Position numbers and translations under genes: made by a program. Positions 38,620 to 51,869 of a DNA stretch of 64,000 nt are shown here, one piece after another. This DNA comes from Eledone cirrhosa (taxonomy: Eukaryota), in assembly GCA_964016885.1 (NCBI GenBank), contig OZ024746.1, forward strand, positions 43,710,001 to 43,774,000. The letters are read 5' to 3'. The first letter of the stretch is position 1. Every line of letters begins with the position of its first letter. A model generated the notes under the pieces. That model had not been told where the DNA came from. It ran no database searches and saw only the letters and a list, made by a program, of their open reading frames with translations.

Positions 38620-39420
38620 GAATGATCTCTCAGAAGATCTGAGCAGCAGAAGAATCCCCCCACCATTTCATGCAAGTGTTTCGACCCTTAACTTCTTACA
38701 CTCTAAGGAGACCAGGCAGCATCCTGATCATAAATCCTGAGTGCCCTTCTGCTGACACCTTTTAGCCACTTGACCATATAAACCATATGGACATTTTGTT
38801 TCTCCTCAGCAAGATCCAGTGAGAACTCCTTTCTGGTTCCTCTGCTTTCAAACTTATAATTAAACATTTTGTTGAGTTTTCTTTACAAGTATAGAGAAAT
38901 AACATTAGTAGTCATGTTAGCAGTGAAGAGTCAACAATGTCACTGCCACCATTATAACTCACTCAGAGTTACTTCCCTTAACATATGTTAAAATAGAAAC
39001 ATATTGCCCACATATGGTATGGAGATCGTTTTTGTTACGCCTTGACAGATTGCAGCTGTCTCTGATATGCCTTTAAGGTTTTGGTCTTGTTCTTCCCAAA
39101 GACTGAGTTGTTTTGTAGTAATTTAGGCACCTTTGCCTACAAACCCTTTACTCCAGCTTCTATAGTGAGAAATTTGACTCAGAAGTTGGTTTCCCTCAGG
39201 CCAATGTAAGATACTTTTTGGTCTTAATCACATATGCTCCTTCTATTCTACTTTCAAATGCCACAGTGATTTCTATCAAAATCAGCTACTTTGATGAACT
39301 TGAATGGCATATGATGTGTGGGCTCAAACAACTCTTTCTGGTGATTTCATTTTGTTTTGACCATCTCCCTGATGTCATATTGATCTTTATAGACCTTATA
39401 CGAGAACTATCCAAGAATGT
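38620..39420 (-). mobile_element. Decayed RLE-type non-LTR element (HERO/NeSL-like) C-terminal pieces
   Basis: LSPHIICHSSSSK*LILIEITVAFESRIEGAYVIKTKKY..VKFLTIEAGVKG (cf. RPDIV..ILIELTVPWE..K..KY..EVG.RG), and AEEPERSSHWILLRR near 38.8 kb. Confidence 0.72.
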
Positions 39421-40219
39421 TTCAAAGTTTGAAAATGATAAGCAACTCAATTTATAAAGGGAAATTATTTTCAGAAAAATATGCTTTGAATGAAAAGATG
39501 GTTTTTAATGTCTAGTTGAAAAATTAAGTTAAATAAAATCCTACATTCAGAAAAGTTTCAAGACAATAACTTTCACATTACTTTATCATTCACCAGGAAT
39601 ATTTATGAGAAATCTAAATCTAAAGCAATTAAATGATGCAGCAATTGTTGTGGTTAAAAAGTTTAGAATGGTTATCAAATATCAGATTCAAATTCAGAGA
39701 ATGCTCACAATTGTTTAAAATAGATAAAATAAGCTCATGTGTATTTGATGGTATATTCCAAAGTATACTAGATAAACAATGATAAAATGTTGAATAGAAT
39801 GAATGCATTGAGACAGAAATAGTAATGATAATAACTTCTGTCAAATTAAGGACCTATTATAATGCATTTCAAAGGAAAACGTTACATAATTGATTTTCAT
39901 ATACTTTTCTTAATTTGCATAAAGAATGAAAAGTTTTGTTTAATGATGACATTCATTATATATTAAAAAAGGATGGTTGAAGTTACTGACTGGTATATGA
40001 TCAACATTCAAACTATGTATATAGAATTAGGATCAGGAATAAACAAAAATGAATTTAATAACTACCTTGGAGTTATCAGTTCACTTCTGCTTTTCTTTGA
40101 ATAGAGTACAAACTTAGTTTTAAAAGCAACACACATATAAAAAGATTCAAACTATATTGAGATTCCTTAAATATTTAGAATGTTCTGGAATTCCACTTTA
40201 CTGGAGTTGACCAAATAAT

Positions 40220-40590
40220 ACGATCGTGAATACAAGTGGCTGAAATGGGATACCTCCAAAGGGTCTTTGAAGTAACATTACTCAATAAAGTGTGTAACTC
40301 AGAGAATCACTCCAGGTAGAGCTGCTACTTCTCCGAATTGAGAGATCACAGCTCCAATACTATGGGCATGTGGTTAGAATGTCTCAGGATAGGATCACTG
40401 GACATATTTTACAGGCAAAACCAACTGGCAAGAGACCCAGGGGTAGACCCCGAGCAAGATGGTTGGATAACATCCATGAGCTTGGCTGGTATGCTTGGAA
40501 AGAGATGCTTCTGACAGGACCTGCTGGAAGGATTATTTGCGGACTCTGCCTCTACAACTCTCTTAAGAATAAGTTGGCAAAGATGATGTT
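40220..40590 (+). mobile_element. RTE 3' fragment of a different subfamily
   Basis: IQVAEMGYL..LLRIERSQLQYYGHVVRM..PTGKRPRGRPRARWLDNI. Confidence 0.9.
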
Positions 40591-42026
40591 AAATAAAATA
40601 CCAGTAAACTGGGATACTGTATTTTTTAATAAAACCACAGGATTAAAAATTAATTTGATTTTAAATGTCATGAATATTATTTCCAATTGTGAATATTATT
40701 TCCAATTGTGTCATTAATAAATGACACAATATAGATACAACCAACAATAATGACAAATAACACTGAAAATAATATGTGCTTTCAGACATGTACATCACTG
40801 TCTGATTCTGGTCTATCTTTCGCTCCATTTCTTTTTCCCTCCCCTCAATATGTATTTAAGTGTGTGTACACATGTGTGTGCATGTATGTACATGTGTATA
40901 TGTACATGTGTGTGTGCATATAAATATATAATGAAAACAAATATTTCATATGTGATGAAAATATACTTCTGCAGAAAGTCTATTCAGATAAGTATGAATA
41001 TAAATTCATATTTAGAGACACACTATATTGAACTATAAAGATAACAAAGACAAAAAGGCATCTGAAAATAAATAATGGCTATACATATTAAAATAAATAC
41101 ATTCATACATATGTCTCCATATTTTGAGGGAGACATGATTCATGTTTCTAACAATCCCAGATTAGAAACATAAATTTGTAGGATGTTGTCTTCAGCAGAC
41201 AAAAGGTACAATGGAAAAAGATATATACTGATTATATGCAGGCCAATAAAGCCATAATAAAAGAAAATGAAAAAATATGAATGTAACCAAAATGTTGTCA
41301 TACAAACGTTTTGTTGTATTTAGTTGTGTCAGCTTCTATTCAAATATAAATAGCATACTCAGTCAACTTTGTGCAGTTACATGTACTGAATTTAGTTATA
41401 GTAATGCTTCCACATAAATGAAGATAAAACATATGATAGGGCACGCAACACATTTGTTCTACTATTTTATAGAAAAAAATCTATTGTATATCATGTCACC
41501 TGTTGTTCCTATTATATGATAGATACAAGCATGGTTAAGGTGTCTTGAAATTTATATTTCAATCAGGAGAGCCTAATTTCGATGATATTCTGTAGCATTT
41601 TAAGCCAGTGACCTCTACCTTAATTATATTCTAGTCAAATCAGTCAAATAATTCTGCATATAGAATGTTTGGTTTGTAAATATACTTGTTTCTTTATAAT
41701 AAAAATTCCTATGAAAACTAGTTAAATGGTACAATGATTTCTAAAATTGAATTTTAGATAATAAATTATATGAACTTGTAATAGAGATAATAATATAAAA
41801 AGAAATTCCTAGAATCTTTTCAAGCATCTTCACAACTTTTGAAAGAAAATCAGGCAGACAGTCTTCTGATAGGACAAATACAAAAGGTTATTAATATGCA
41901 TTTCCTGTTAGTGCACTATAAAATTGCCAGAAAGTCTACAATAGAAATAGTGATAACAAATATCAAATTATTGAACAATAACACCATAAAGGAAGAAAAA
42001 CAAAGTAAACAATATTCAAATAATTT

Positions 42027-42203
42027 TTTCTACTTTTGGCACAAGGCCAGCAATTAAATCAGTGCATTACTGGTACTTTATTTTATCGACCCCATAAGGA
42101 TGAAAGGCAAAGTTAACCTCGGCGGGATTTGAACTCAGATCATAAAGGGCCGTAACTCTATGCTACAAAGCATGGTGTCTGACTCTCTACTAATACTGCC
42201 AAT
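42027..42203 (-). mobile_element. SINE family A
   Basis: Collinear with 16555-16734. Confidence 0.9.
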
Positions 42204-45200
42204 ACTACCAATACTACCAATAACCAATGCACTTTTTTGTTAGTAGTACCTATGTGACCAAACCATCAAGAAAGTGAAAATACATGTCTCAGTTGTAGTA
42301 TTCTAAAATAACAATTTGTAAAATCAAAATGGTTTATATTTGATCTACATATATTACATTTAGAACAAAATCCTTAACTGGATTTTTCATTACAGTTGAA
42401 GCAGAGATAGATTGAATGTTTAAGATTTTAGACTATTGGACCAAAGTTTCTTTAGAATTTACTGTTGTTATGATCAGCATATTTTCCATATGCTGATTTA
42501 TATAAGCATAATTTTAACATACATCGTATAGTTCATTTTACATATAAAGTTTGATGTTGAAATTGCTGAAATTGTATTTTCTGCTGACTAAGATCCCACT
42601 TAAATGTCAATGCCTCTAATAGTACCTGAGTCCAAATTACTAAGGCTACTAAATTATTCTTCTATTTAGAGAGATTCCTAACTCCATCTGAGAAGTAAAT
42701 TCTTCTATGAATTATTCAACATCAGTTAAAATTCTTCGAAAATTAAGAATTCAATAAAAGTAAAAGAATTGACTTAGATTAAGAAACATGTTTCATTTAA
42801 ACTGTTGAAATCAATTATTTAGGAGCATCAATAATTGTAGTTAAATTGAGTTAATGTGATGTTGCATTCTAAAGATTAGAATAATGATGAATTTAGTGTC
42901 CATTTTCTATGCTTGATATGCAGTATGTATTGTCTCATACCCAATTGTGCATTCTCTGGCTAGCAAGAACCAACATTAGCTTTGTCATACCCACCTCTTT
43001 CCATGTTCCACAGAAAAAGTCAGTGTTGACTGAAAAGTTCATAAGCTGACTAAGATACTCTCATTTTAACAGTCCCCTGTGTCACATAATTTGTCCATGA
43101 ATCATATCTGTTTTAAGTACACATTAATTGAGTCACATTTGTATCTTACACACTGCTGATAAATGTTTCTAAACTCATTTGATATATGAAAATAGATTTG
43201 AAAATATTACAAACTAGATATAGGAAAAGACAGATCCCAATTTTTTTTCTCAGTTGAGTTGTTTCTTCAACAGAAAGACAATTCAGTTGCTTTAACAACA
43301 ATGGATGATGAACCAGTAAAATAAAATGATAAAATATCCACAGATGCTAGCACTTCATGTACATAGATTTTGAAATAGACTGACTGATGTTTATAAATGT
43401 TTATGTAATCTTATCAATTTTATTCAGTGAAATGCTTCATTTGATAATACTTAACTAAGAAGACAAATATGAAAATAAATCAAGAGCAAATAAAGAATTT
43501 TAGAATCTTGATATATGCTTTATATAATATATGGAAATAGCTTCAATTATTTAAATTGTGAATTATATCCTTTGAAAAGTTTCATTCTTTTCTCTAAAAG
43601 AAATGTCTTTACTTCTAAAACCAAAATGTTGAAATTTTTTCATTTATTCATGTGTTCTCAAAAGTTGTATTTTATATATAAGTTGAATATGTTAATTTTC
43701 CATAGTTGTATAATTTTATGTACAAAAGTATGATTACACATTCCATCTAATTAAACAAAATTGATTTACACAGGATTAAAATCGATAGAAACAAAACATT
43801 TCTCAACTTAATTCCAACAGAAATGGCTAACGAAGGTTAACATATGAAAATATTTAATGCAAGGCTTTATAGAAACATGAAAGTGAGACCAAGAATGGGA
43901 TACAATGAATAATTCTTTGTCAATATGATATTGAACTTTAACATGTTAAAAGTATTATTCATACCTTTTATGAATATTCATTTAGAGGCACAATATGAAT
44001 AATGAACTTACTATATTAAAGACTGAGAAAATCACAATGTTTTTCACTGTGAGCCATTATTGAGAAATATTATCTGAAATTTCAATAGACACAAAATATT
44101 GATTAGCAAATTTTCCAAACAACAAAAGTATATCTACCCTGATTTAATACTACTTGTATGGAAAAATTCTAAAGATTAATCTAATTTACCCATTACAGTT
44201 TTCATAAATGTACATTGCTTAACAAAGTAAACAGAAAAATTACTTAAAATATGTCTAGGAATTATTTATATTCCTTTTATGTTTGAAACAAGTTGGGAAA
44301 TTAAAAACTTGCATCTAAGGAATCATTCAAAGTGAATAAAAGACATAAAGAGAACTATGATGATGATTTTTTATCTTTCATATTTCTAAAATAGGTATAC
44401 ACGAAAATACTAAATGAACAGATGAATAATTTGTTCCATATGATATTCCATCATCTTATTCCTTTTATTACTTGTTTAGTTTTCAATTTAGCCTTTATTT
44501 AGAAAATGTCTTTATTATATTGCTTAAAGCAAGTTGTTAGTTTAAGAAATTATAAAACATTTGCTCATGTTTATTTACACGTTATTCTGATGGCTTATTT
44601 TAAGTTTCCAAAATATTTTTAGTCATAAAATTACAAAGGTTTATTTGTAGATATAAACTTTTCATAATATCATTTAGTGCATTAATTTCTATAGGCAGTT
44701 TTCTTTTAGTTGTCAGAAAATTATTTATATCAAATATAGTTACTCATATTAACTACTGGTTGTTATTTCTATCAACTAAACGAATTCTATCTAATTTACA
44801 ATACACCGATTTTAAAGTTATTTTGCTCTTCTGCCTTTTTTTTTATAGAAAACAATTCATACAGACAAAAGTTTCTTCTTTAATAATTTTTTTTTCTGAA
44901 GTCTTACTATGGTATGGAAAAATGGTAACAAATTATACATATCTATTTAAAAGTCCCACAATAATCTCTGGAATTACATTAGCACAAACATTGTATATTT
45001 TCAGAAAACTATGTGTTTTCGCAAAGAAAGAAAATAAAAAGAAAAGATTTGTTTAATAATTCAACTTCATTAACATCACCCTGACAAAATTGATTTTTAA
45101 AACACTTTCCAACATCATATTATTCTTTTACTGAAATACATTAATGGAGAGTAATCATTAAAATAAATTCATAAAATCTTGTTAAAACTAGCTGAACATA

Positions 45201-46514
45201 CTGTAGCATATATTTTAACCTACACATTGGTGATATATGTCATATCAGCCAAAATATTGGATAATAAAGACTCAAGAAATATGAGTGAGGAATTAAAATT
45301 AAATTATTCCTACATGTAAAAACCCGATTATTAGAAATTATCATAATAAATAATTAATAATGAAAACAAAATTATACATGTTTTGTACTTACTAAGGTCA
45401 AATTTTAACGTAATTAGACAGATATGATAAAGGAAATTTCTTTGAAGTAAGAATATCTGCTATAAATTATTAATAGGTTCATCTATAATAAACATACAGC
45501 ATTACTACGGATGGTATTCCCCCCCCCCCCCAAAAAAAAAAATTTGGCGTATTCAGATCATCACATTAAGAGAGAGAGTGTGTGTATTACTGTGGCAACA
45601 GTAAGATGACAATATTTTCAAATCGAGAAATATGTAAAGATAAAAACCAACATGATCACCACAATTGTCCAGATTTGAGGGCAGCCAGTTAAGACTCTGA
45701 TGCCAAATCATCAGCCCATATCAGTACTGGAAATGGATTAGTCTAAAGTTAAGACTCTGAAACCAAAATGTATCTGATCTATGATACAATAATTAGTAGT
45801 ACCAAAGCTATAAAACCATGGGGGTCAAACAGATGTAAAACAATTGAAAATTAAGTTTAATTTGCACCACACATCAATGTAACAAGATGCTTCTTTCAGC
45901 TTTAATGTAATGATTTCATGGTATATACACAAGATGCAGCATTTAAAATGCTTTAAAACAACAATATAAGTGTTTATATCCACTGAACCCCTTGATGAGG
46001 GAAAATTAAAGAGAGCAACAGGTACCACTATTGAAAAGCTGCTAGACGAGACAAACTTCTGTTGCCTTACTAATTTTTCGTTGTTAACCTTCTCTTACAA
46101 ATTATAAATTCCTTTAACATGAGAGAGGAGCCACCAAAAGAATTGTGGAAAGTCTATAATAGCTGCAATATTCCAGAAAATCAAAAATGATTATCATCGC
46201 TCATATGAAACAGTGCAAAACTTTTTAATTCCTTGCTATGCACAATTCATTCTAGATTTTCTGATTAGTTTCAAGCAAAATAGTAAAATAGAAATATTAG
46301 TGAATAAAGCCTATCCTTATAAATATGTATTGACACCTGTCACTCAAGAAAAGGAAATGTTGTACAAATGCATGGAAGCTTGAAATGGATTTGACTGTGT
46401 AAACAAGGAAACAATTCATGATATACTATAATTACTATTTAAATAATTCTATGATGTTATGTTTTTAAGAACTAATACAAATGCTTATATTTGTGTTCCT
46501 TTTTGTAGTAATAA

Positions 46515-46642
46515 TTGTTTCTAGTTTTGGCACAAGGCCAGCAATTACCCAGTGCATTACTGGTACTTTATTTTATTGACCCCGTAAGGATGAAAGGCAA
46601 AGTTAACCTCGACGGGATTTGAACTCAGAATGGCAAGGGCCA
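46515..46642 (-). mobile_element. 5'-truncated SINE family A with 10-bp TSD
   Basis: Family A sequence flanked by TAGTAATAAT on both sides. Confidence 0.88.
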
Positions 46643-48094
46643 TAGTAATAATGCATTTGAAACTTCTTCAGAGAAACATATTTGCACCTTAACTTTCCAT
46701 AATTATGAAATGAATTTGTAGATCTATGCAAGAGGAAGATATATAAACTGTCAGAAAAATTCTATCAGGTAGATTGACATTCTATATAAAACTTTGCTAA
46801 TGTTGTTGCAATTTTAACTGATAAACTCTTGGCAGCTCGAAAGCTCCTGATATATTTTGAAACTATATCTGCAAAAGCAGGACTAAAAATCAATTAAATT
46901 AAAACCAAAGAAATGTATCTTGGTGACCTGAACCCCACTAACCATATATATAAATGTGAGTTGACTGTGTGTGTGTCCACATTTTATTCATAATCTACAA
47001 AATGAACACTTACAAATCAATAGATAGTATTATTTGCTGTCACACAGCAAAGGTTTGTATTACATTTATTTTGAAATATAAAACAGCAATGTTTTTATAT
47101 TCAATTTCTTATATTTACATATTCCTCTCAAACAAGAGTAGGGGTGATTGTGTTGGTTGTTGGGGTTTCTTTATATATCTACGTATGGCAGTTTTATGAG
47201 TTTGGAATAACAATTGCTATCTGTATGAATTTCCTGGCAACAATTATGTATGTTGTTAGAAATGTTCAGATGGGAAATAGTTTACATTAGCGGTAAGCAT
47301 CATCCCATAAATTTTTAACTACTTCTTAATAGAAGTGTTAAAGAGTGAGAGGAAACATTTGAGTTCTTTTTCTGACAGAAATGGAATTACTGATGTTCAA
47401 AACATTGAATTCCAGAGTCTGTTTTGAAATAAATATACAAAGTAAAAACTTTTGTTTGTAGTTTGTGATTTATAAATTCTTTAAGCTTTTACCTATTCAA
47501 TTTGGTAAATCAGAGAAAATTAAAATTCTATATTTCTCATAACTGCAGGCAGCAAATTTTAAATATATTGCTTTCATACACCTCTGCCATCTTGTTGGTA
47601 AAAGTTGAAAATGAGAATTATTTAAAATTGAAACCAATATTATGTAAATACATGTGAGGAAAACATAAGGTCAGTTATCTTTAATTTACTATTCACACTA
47701 ATATCTGTGTGTATCATTAAAACAAACTGAACAACACTCATTCCATAAATAATCATTTGTAAATATCTTATATTGTGAATCCCTAATGTAATATTCAGTG
47801 GATTCAAATTCAGAAGGAATGTGGCAGGAATTTCACCTCGAAATGCCATCTATAATTACCTAAATGTGTATTTGCAGGGATTACAGGGGATCCAAATTTG
47901 GAGAGACAGGCAAGAATAATTTTACTCAGGCAACAACTGCACCCTACTCTATTACTCCATTCTTTTGTATTGTATGCTGAATGTAAAAGATCACACATGA
48001 GCCTAATAATATTTTGTTAGGTGAAAGAAGATTTTTTGCTTCATCATTTAAATGATAGTGTTTAAATTATTATTGATTTATTCTGTTACCTGGA

Positions 48095-48580
48095 AACCAA
48101 ATTAGTAGTGGAGCTGGTTGTACAAAACGTAGAGTAGCCAGAGTGAGAACAAGGTGAAAAAACTTCTTCCACTGCTGGCTACAAAGGTTTTTTCCCTCAA
48201 GGTGAAAGGCAGATTATGTGATGGATGCTTGTTTGTGGACGGCAATGCTGCATAGATGTGAGATTTAGGCATCGGGAGCAGAGGACCTATGGAGTTTGGA
48301 AAGAAATGAAGCATGCATGCTCTGATGGATGTATAATAATAGTATACATGAAAGATAAAATGAGAGAGAAACTGTGCATAACAAAGGTCAGATGCCATGT
48401 GTAAGAGAGGCGACTAAGATGGCATGGATATGTGATGCACATGGAGGATGAGAGCGAGCAAACGCTAGTGAAAGCAGTCAAAGGGGAACATTTAGGAAAG
48501 TTTTTGAGATGATGTGGCAAAAGCTGATTTCACCCAATTAAAGCTCTACTATGCCATACTAAAGAAGACCCACCTTTTCA
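48095..48580 (+). mobile_element. Decayed RTE fragment
   Basis: LLPLLATKVFSLKVKGRLCDAC..RRLRWHGYVMHMED. Confidence 0.88.
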
Positions 48581-48739
48581 CGTGTGCTGGATGAAACAAG
48601 CTGAGAAAGAATGGTAGTGAAGAAGCTGACAAGTGGGATGACACTTAAGCCAACTGCCAGTTTTCTCTAATCTCCTTCCTCCACCTTCTTTCTCTAATCT
48701 CAGCCATCCTTCACCTCCTAGCCCAGCTCATACCATATC

Positions 48740-49135
48740 AGTACATCCAGTCAATGCAAAAATGAAGAGATGGGCATGTCCCAGCTTGTACCATGATCAA
48801 ATGTTCAGATGCGGTTGAGGATGGCATATAGCCATAGAGGCCATGCCAAAATCGAACATATGAACTAGACTCATTCATCTGTCTGACTTAGTCTCAGAAC
48901 ATGACAGCCCATCTGGCCCATCAGGCATAGAAAAACAGACATTTTATAAAGATGATGTTGATTATATGCTTCCACCTATCCCTTGCCACATACTTGACAC
49001 ACCTCAATGATATGCTATAATGTAATTGGTGTTAGAAAGAGCCATAGAAAACCAAGCTAAAATCAGATCATATGAGTGAGACGTAGTCAACTTAAAACAT
49101 GACAAAAAATAGACATTACATAGTAATGATGATTA
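48740..49135 (+). repeat. Decayed RTE-tail repeats
   Basis: GGCATATAGCCATAGA..CCATGCCAAAATC, GCATAGAAAAACAGACATT..GATGATG, and a second unit following. Confidence 0.55.
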
Positions 49136-49251
49136 CTATAATGAATCACAAGCACACTAAATAATATACCAACATATGTTCACACTCATAATAATGTGTA
49201 TTTAAAGAGAAACCAAGTGGTAGTTATCTATTCATCTATATACATGTATTG

Positions 49252-49296
<45 letters not shown>

Positions 49297-49300
<4 letters not shown>

Positions 49301-49587
49301 GATATATTAACAAATGGAAACATCCGGGAGCTTCCAACAGAAATGGTTGCATTCTTTAAGGGTATGTCAATATTTATTTATAAAACTGATCTATATTATA
49401 TTTTATCTGATGAAAGCACACCATAATTTAACTTGGTGTCCTTGAAATATGTATAATGAAATAAATATAGTTTCCATTTGTTAATATATCGTATTTTTAC
49501 TCCAATAATTTGGTGAGTGCTTTATATCAGTTATAAAAATATTTACTTGTTGTATCCCAACAATTTAAATAGAACTTCTACATCTAT
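49297..49587 (+). mobile_element. About 290-bp PLE pseudo-LTR or retrozyme-like module in (TA)n with a 25-bp inverted 5' duplication
   Basis: Hammerhead, AATAAA and conserved stem-loop. 49297-49321 is the exact reverse complement of 49470-49494. Confidence 0.75.
49399..49463 (+). ncRNA. Minimal type I hammerhead ribozyme
   Basis: UAUUUUAU-CUGAUGA-[AAGCACACCA loop UGGUGUCCUU, 9/10 pairs]-GAAA-UAUGUA-UA^AUGAAAUA. Stem I is 8 bp with one GU. Predicted cleavage after 49455. Confidence 0.85.
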
Positions 49588-49659
49588 ATATATATATATT
49601 TATGATAAAGTGGAAGTTAAAATGACAATGATGATATATGTATATATATATGTCATATA

Positions 49660-50007
49660 TATCATCATCATCATCATCATCATTTTACGTCCACTTTTCC
49701 CTGCTTGCAAGGGTGGGACGGGAACTGGTTCTGGCTTGATTTCTACAGCTGGATGCCCTTCCTAACACCAACCTCATTTACAGTGAGTGCTGGGTGCTTT
49801 TTTTGCCGTGGCACCTCCATGACCACTTTGCAGTGGAATGATATGGACTCCAGTCCCTATCATCTCATTTCTACAGCTGAGTAAACTGGAGCAATGTGAA
49901 ATAAAGTGTCTTGATCAAGGAAACAACACATCACCCGGTCTGAGAATTGAACTCCCAACCTTTCGATTGCAAGGTCAATGCTCTAACCACTAAGCCATAT
50001 GCCTCCA
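49660..50007 (-). mobile_element. Full-length SINE family B variant with RTE-derived tail
   Basis: Minus strand: TGGAGGCATATGGCTTAGTGGTTAGAGC head, GAGTTCAATTC B box, CORE-like body, then the RTE 3'UTR block and (GAT)n. Confidence 0.92.
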
Positions 50008-51869
50008 TATATATATATATATTGATAGTCGATCGACAAAATCCCAGAGCTTATTTGCTTAACGAGTGGGGGTGGGAAGCTCGTCAAATTGGATCGAGGA
50101 AACAATGTTTCCATTGGTCTTTCCAATTCTAATACTTTCTGTCAGTTACAACTCCAGGCAGAAAATATATATACATATATGATGAAGCAAACCAAAGAAC
50201 AAACACATTCAAAGAAACAGCTCATTGCAACCAGCATCTTGATTGTACTTCTAAGAAACTTCATAGTAGACTTAATTCTGCTCAAAGTGCTGTGTGTATC
50301 TCTCCTCTAGAAACTTCACTTTCTTCCATGATATTTAATATTATTGTCGATTTTTTTAAAAAGCTTTGCCTGAATCCATGTTGGTTCATAAATGAATATT
50401 TGTTTTTATCTGATCAGTTACTGGTAATAAAATATTATATCAATGCATACATGAAGTAACTAATATACTAACATAGCTTTGTATAATATTAGTTTCCATT
50501 TAACTACATAATGTATTGATAGGTATTCCAAGGGCCACATATTCATCAACATAAGGCTGCACCAACAAACCATCATTGGAAAAATGAATAGATGCAACGA
50601 AGTAGCATGCAAAAGGGATAGGACTATGCTGCTCAGCAGTCATTGTCATTCTCCCAACAATGCAAGAGCTTCTCAAATTTCTCAAGAATTTGCACCAGAA
50701 TTATAACATTTCCAGAACTAACTTTTATTGTATAATTCCCTCTTTACAACAGTCATCCTTGACAGCTCAGACATCCTTGAACCCTATACATTTGACTTCC
50801 TCCATAAGTTATGATTGATAGAAGCCTGTCTCAGGAGGGAGCTCCACAAGGTGGGGCAGTTGTTGCAGCGGTTGTCACTGGCCATTGTCTGCGGAAATGC
50901 CTTTGCCATTTTGTATGTGGGGTGCAGCCGAAACGCCACTTTGACTTAGGTGTAGAGCCTGTCACCCCTCACCTTCCCAAATAATCCTTGCTCTTTCCCT
51001 CTCATTTATAACATTTATATTTCTTTACAATGCTACATTCTTTTTCTATTTGATGACTAAATAGTACATTTTAAAATATTTTTATGTTATTTTATTCTAG
51101 AAATATACTTGAGTATTTTGAAATAAAATTTGATTTGAAAAAAAAAAAAAATTTGAAGATTTCAAATAACATCATTCAGAGCTGACAAGAACATGGCAGA
51201 TTTTATTGTTGTACAACTTATTAAATTCAGTGACAGTATTACCCCATAACAAATGACTTCACAAATTTCTGTAAGTTTACTTGATGGAAGACAATGAATC
51301 AGAGGCACAATAAGGGTGTGCTGATGTCTATGGTGGATTACAGGTGGATTACAGTTATATGTAATCATGACATTACAGGAAACAACTCACCAAAACTACA
51401 TATACATCAATATCTTCAAGTATGTATACTATTGAAAATAAAAATCTGTATCTCTGTTTGTGTGAATCATATATTTAAAGAGTCTACTGTAGCACAAAAA
51501 TGCATTTTGGCTAATATACTCCTAAATACATGCTCTTCTGACTAAAATCCCTTTCAGTATATTTTTGGATCCAGGAATCCTCAAAACAAGAATTTTATAT
51601 CTTATCATAGACATGAAAATAATTTTCTATCTATTTGCGGAAGTGAGACAATAGAATATCATGTGCATACACACAAACATACAGAAATGCATACAAAGAC
51701 AGAAGAATTTATATATACAAATACATATTAAACACACGCAACTAAAATCAAATATGTATGTACAATCAAATGCATAGACACACACAACTATAAGCGAGCA
51801 TATGCGCAAAATATGATGGCTGATGTGCACAAGGTTGAGAGATGTACATCAGACATGCATATACAATAT

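Noticed and set aside
50500-50980. GC-richer segment with short ORFs
   Set aside because: No motif recognised in the frames I translated; cannot be assigned without a search.
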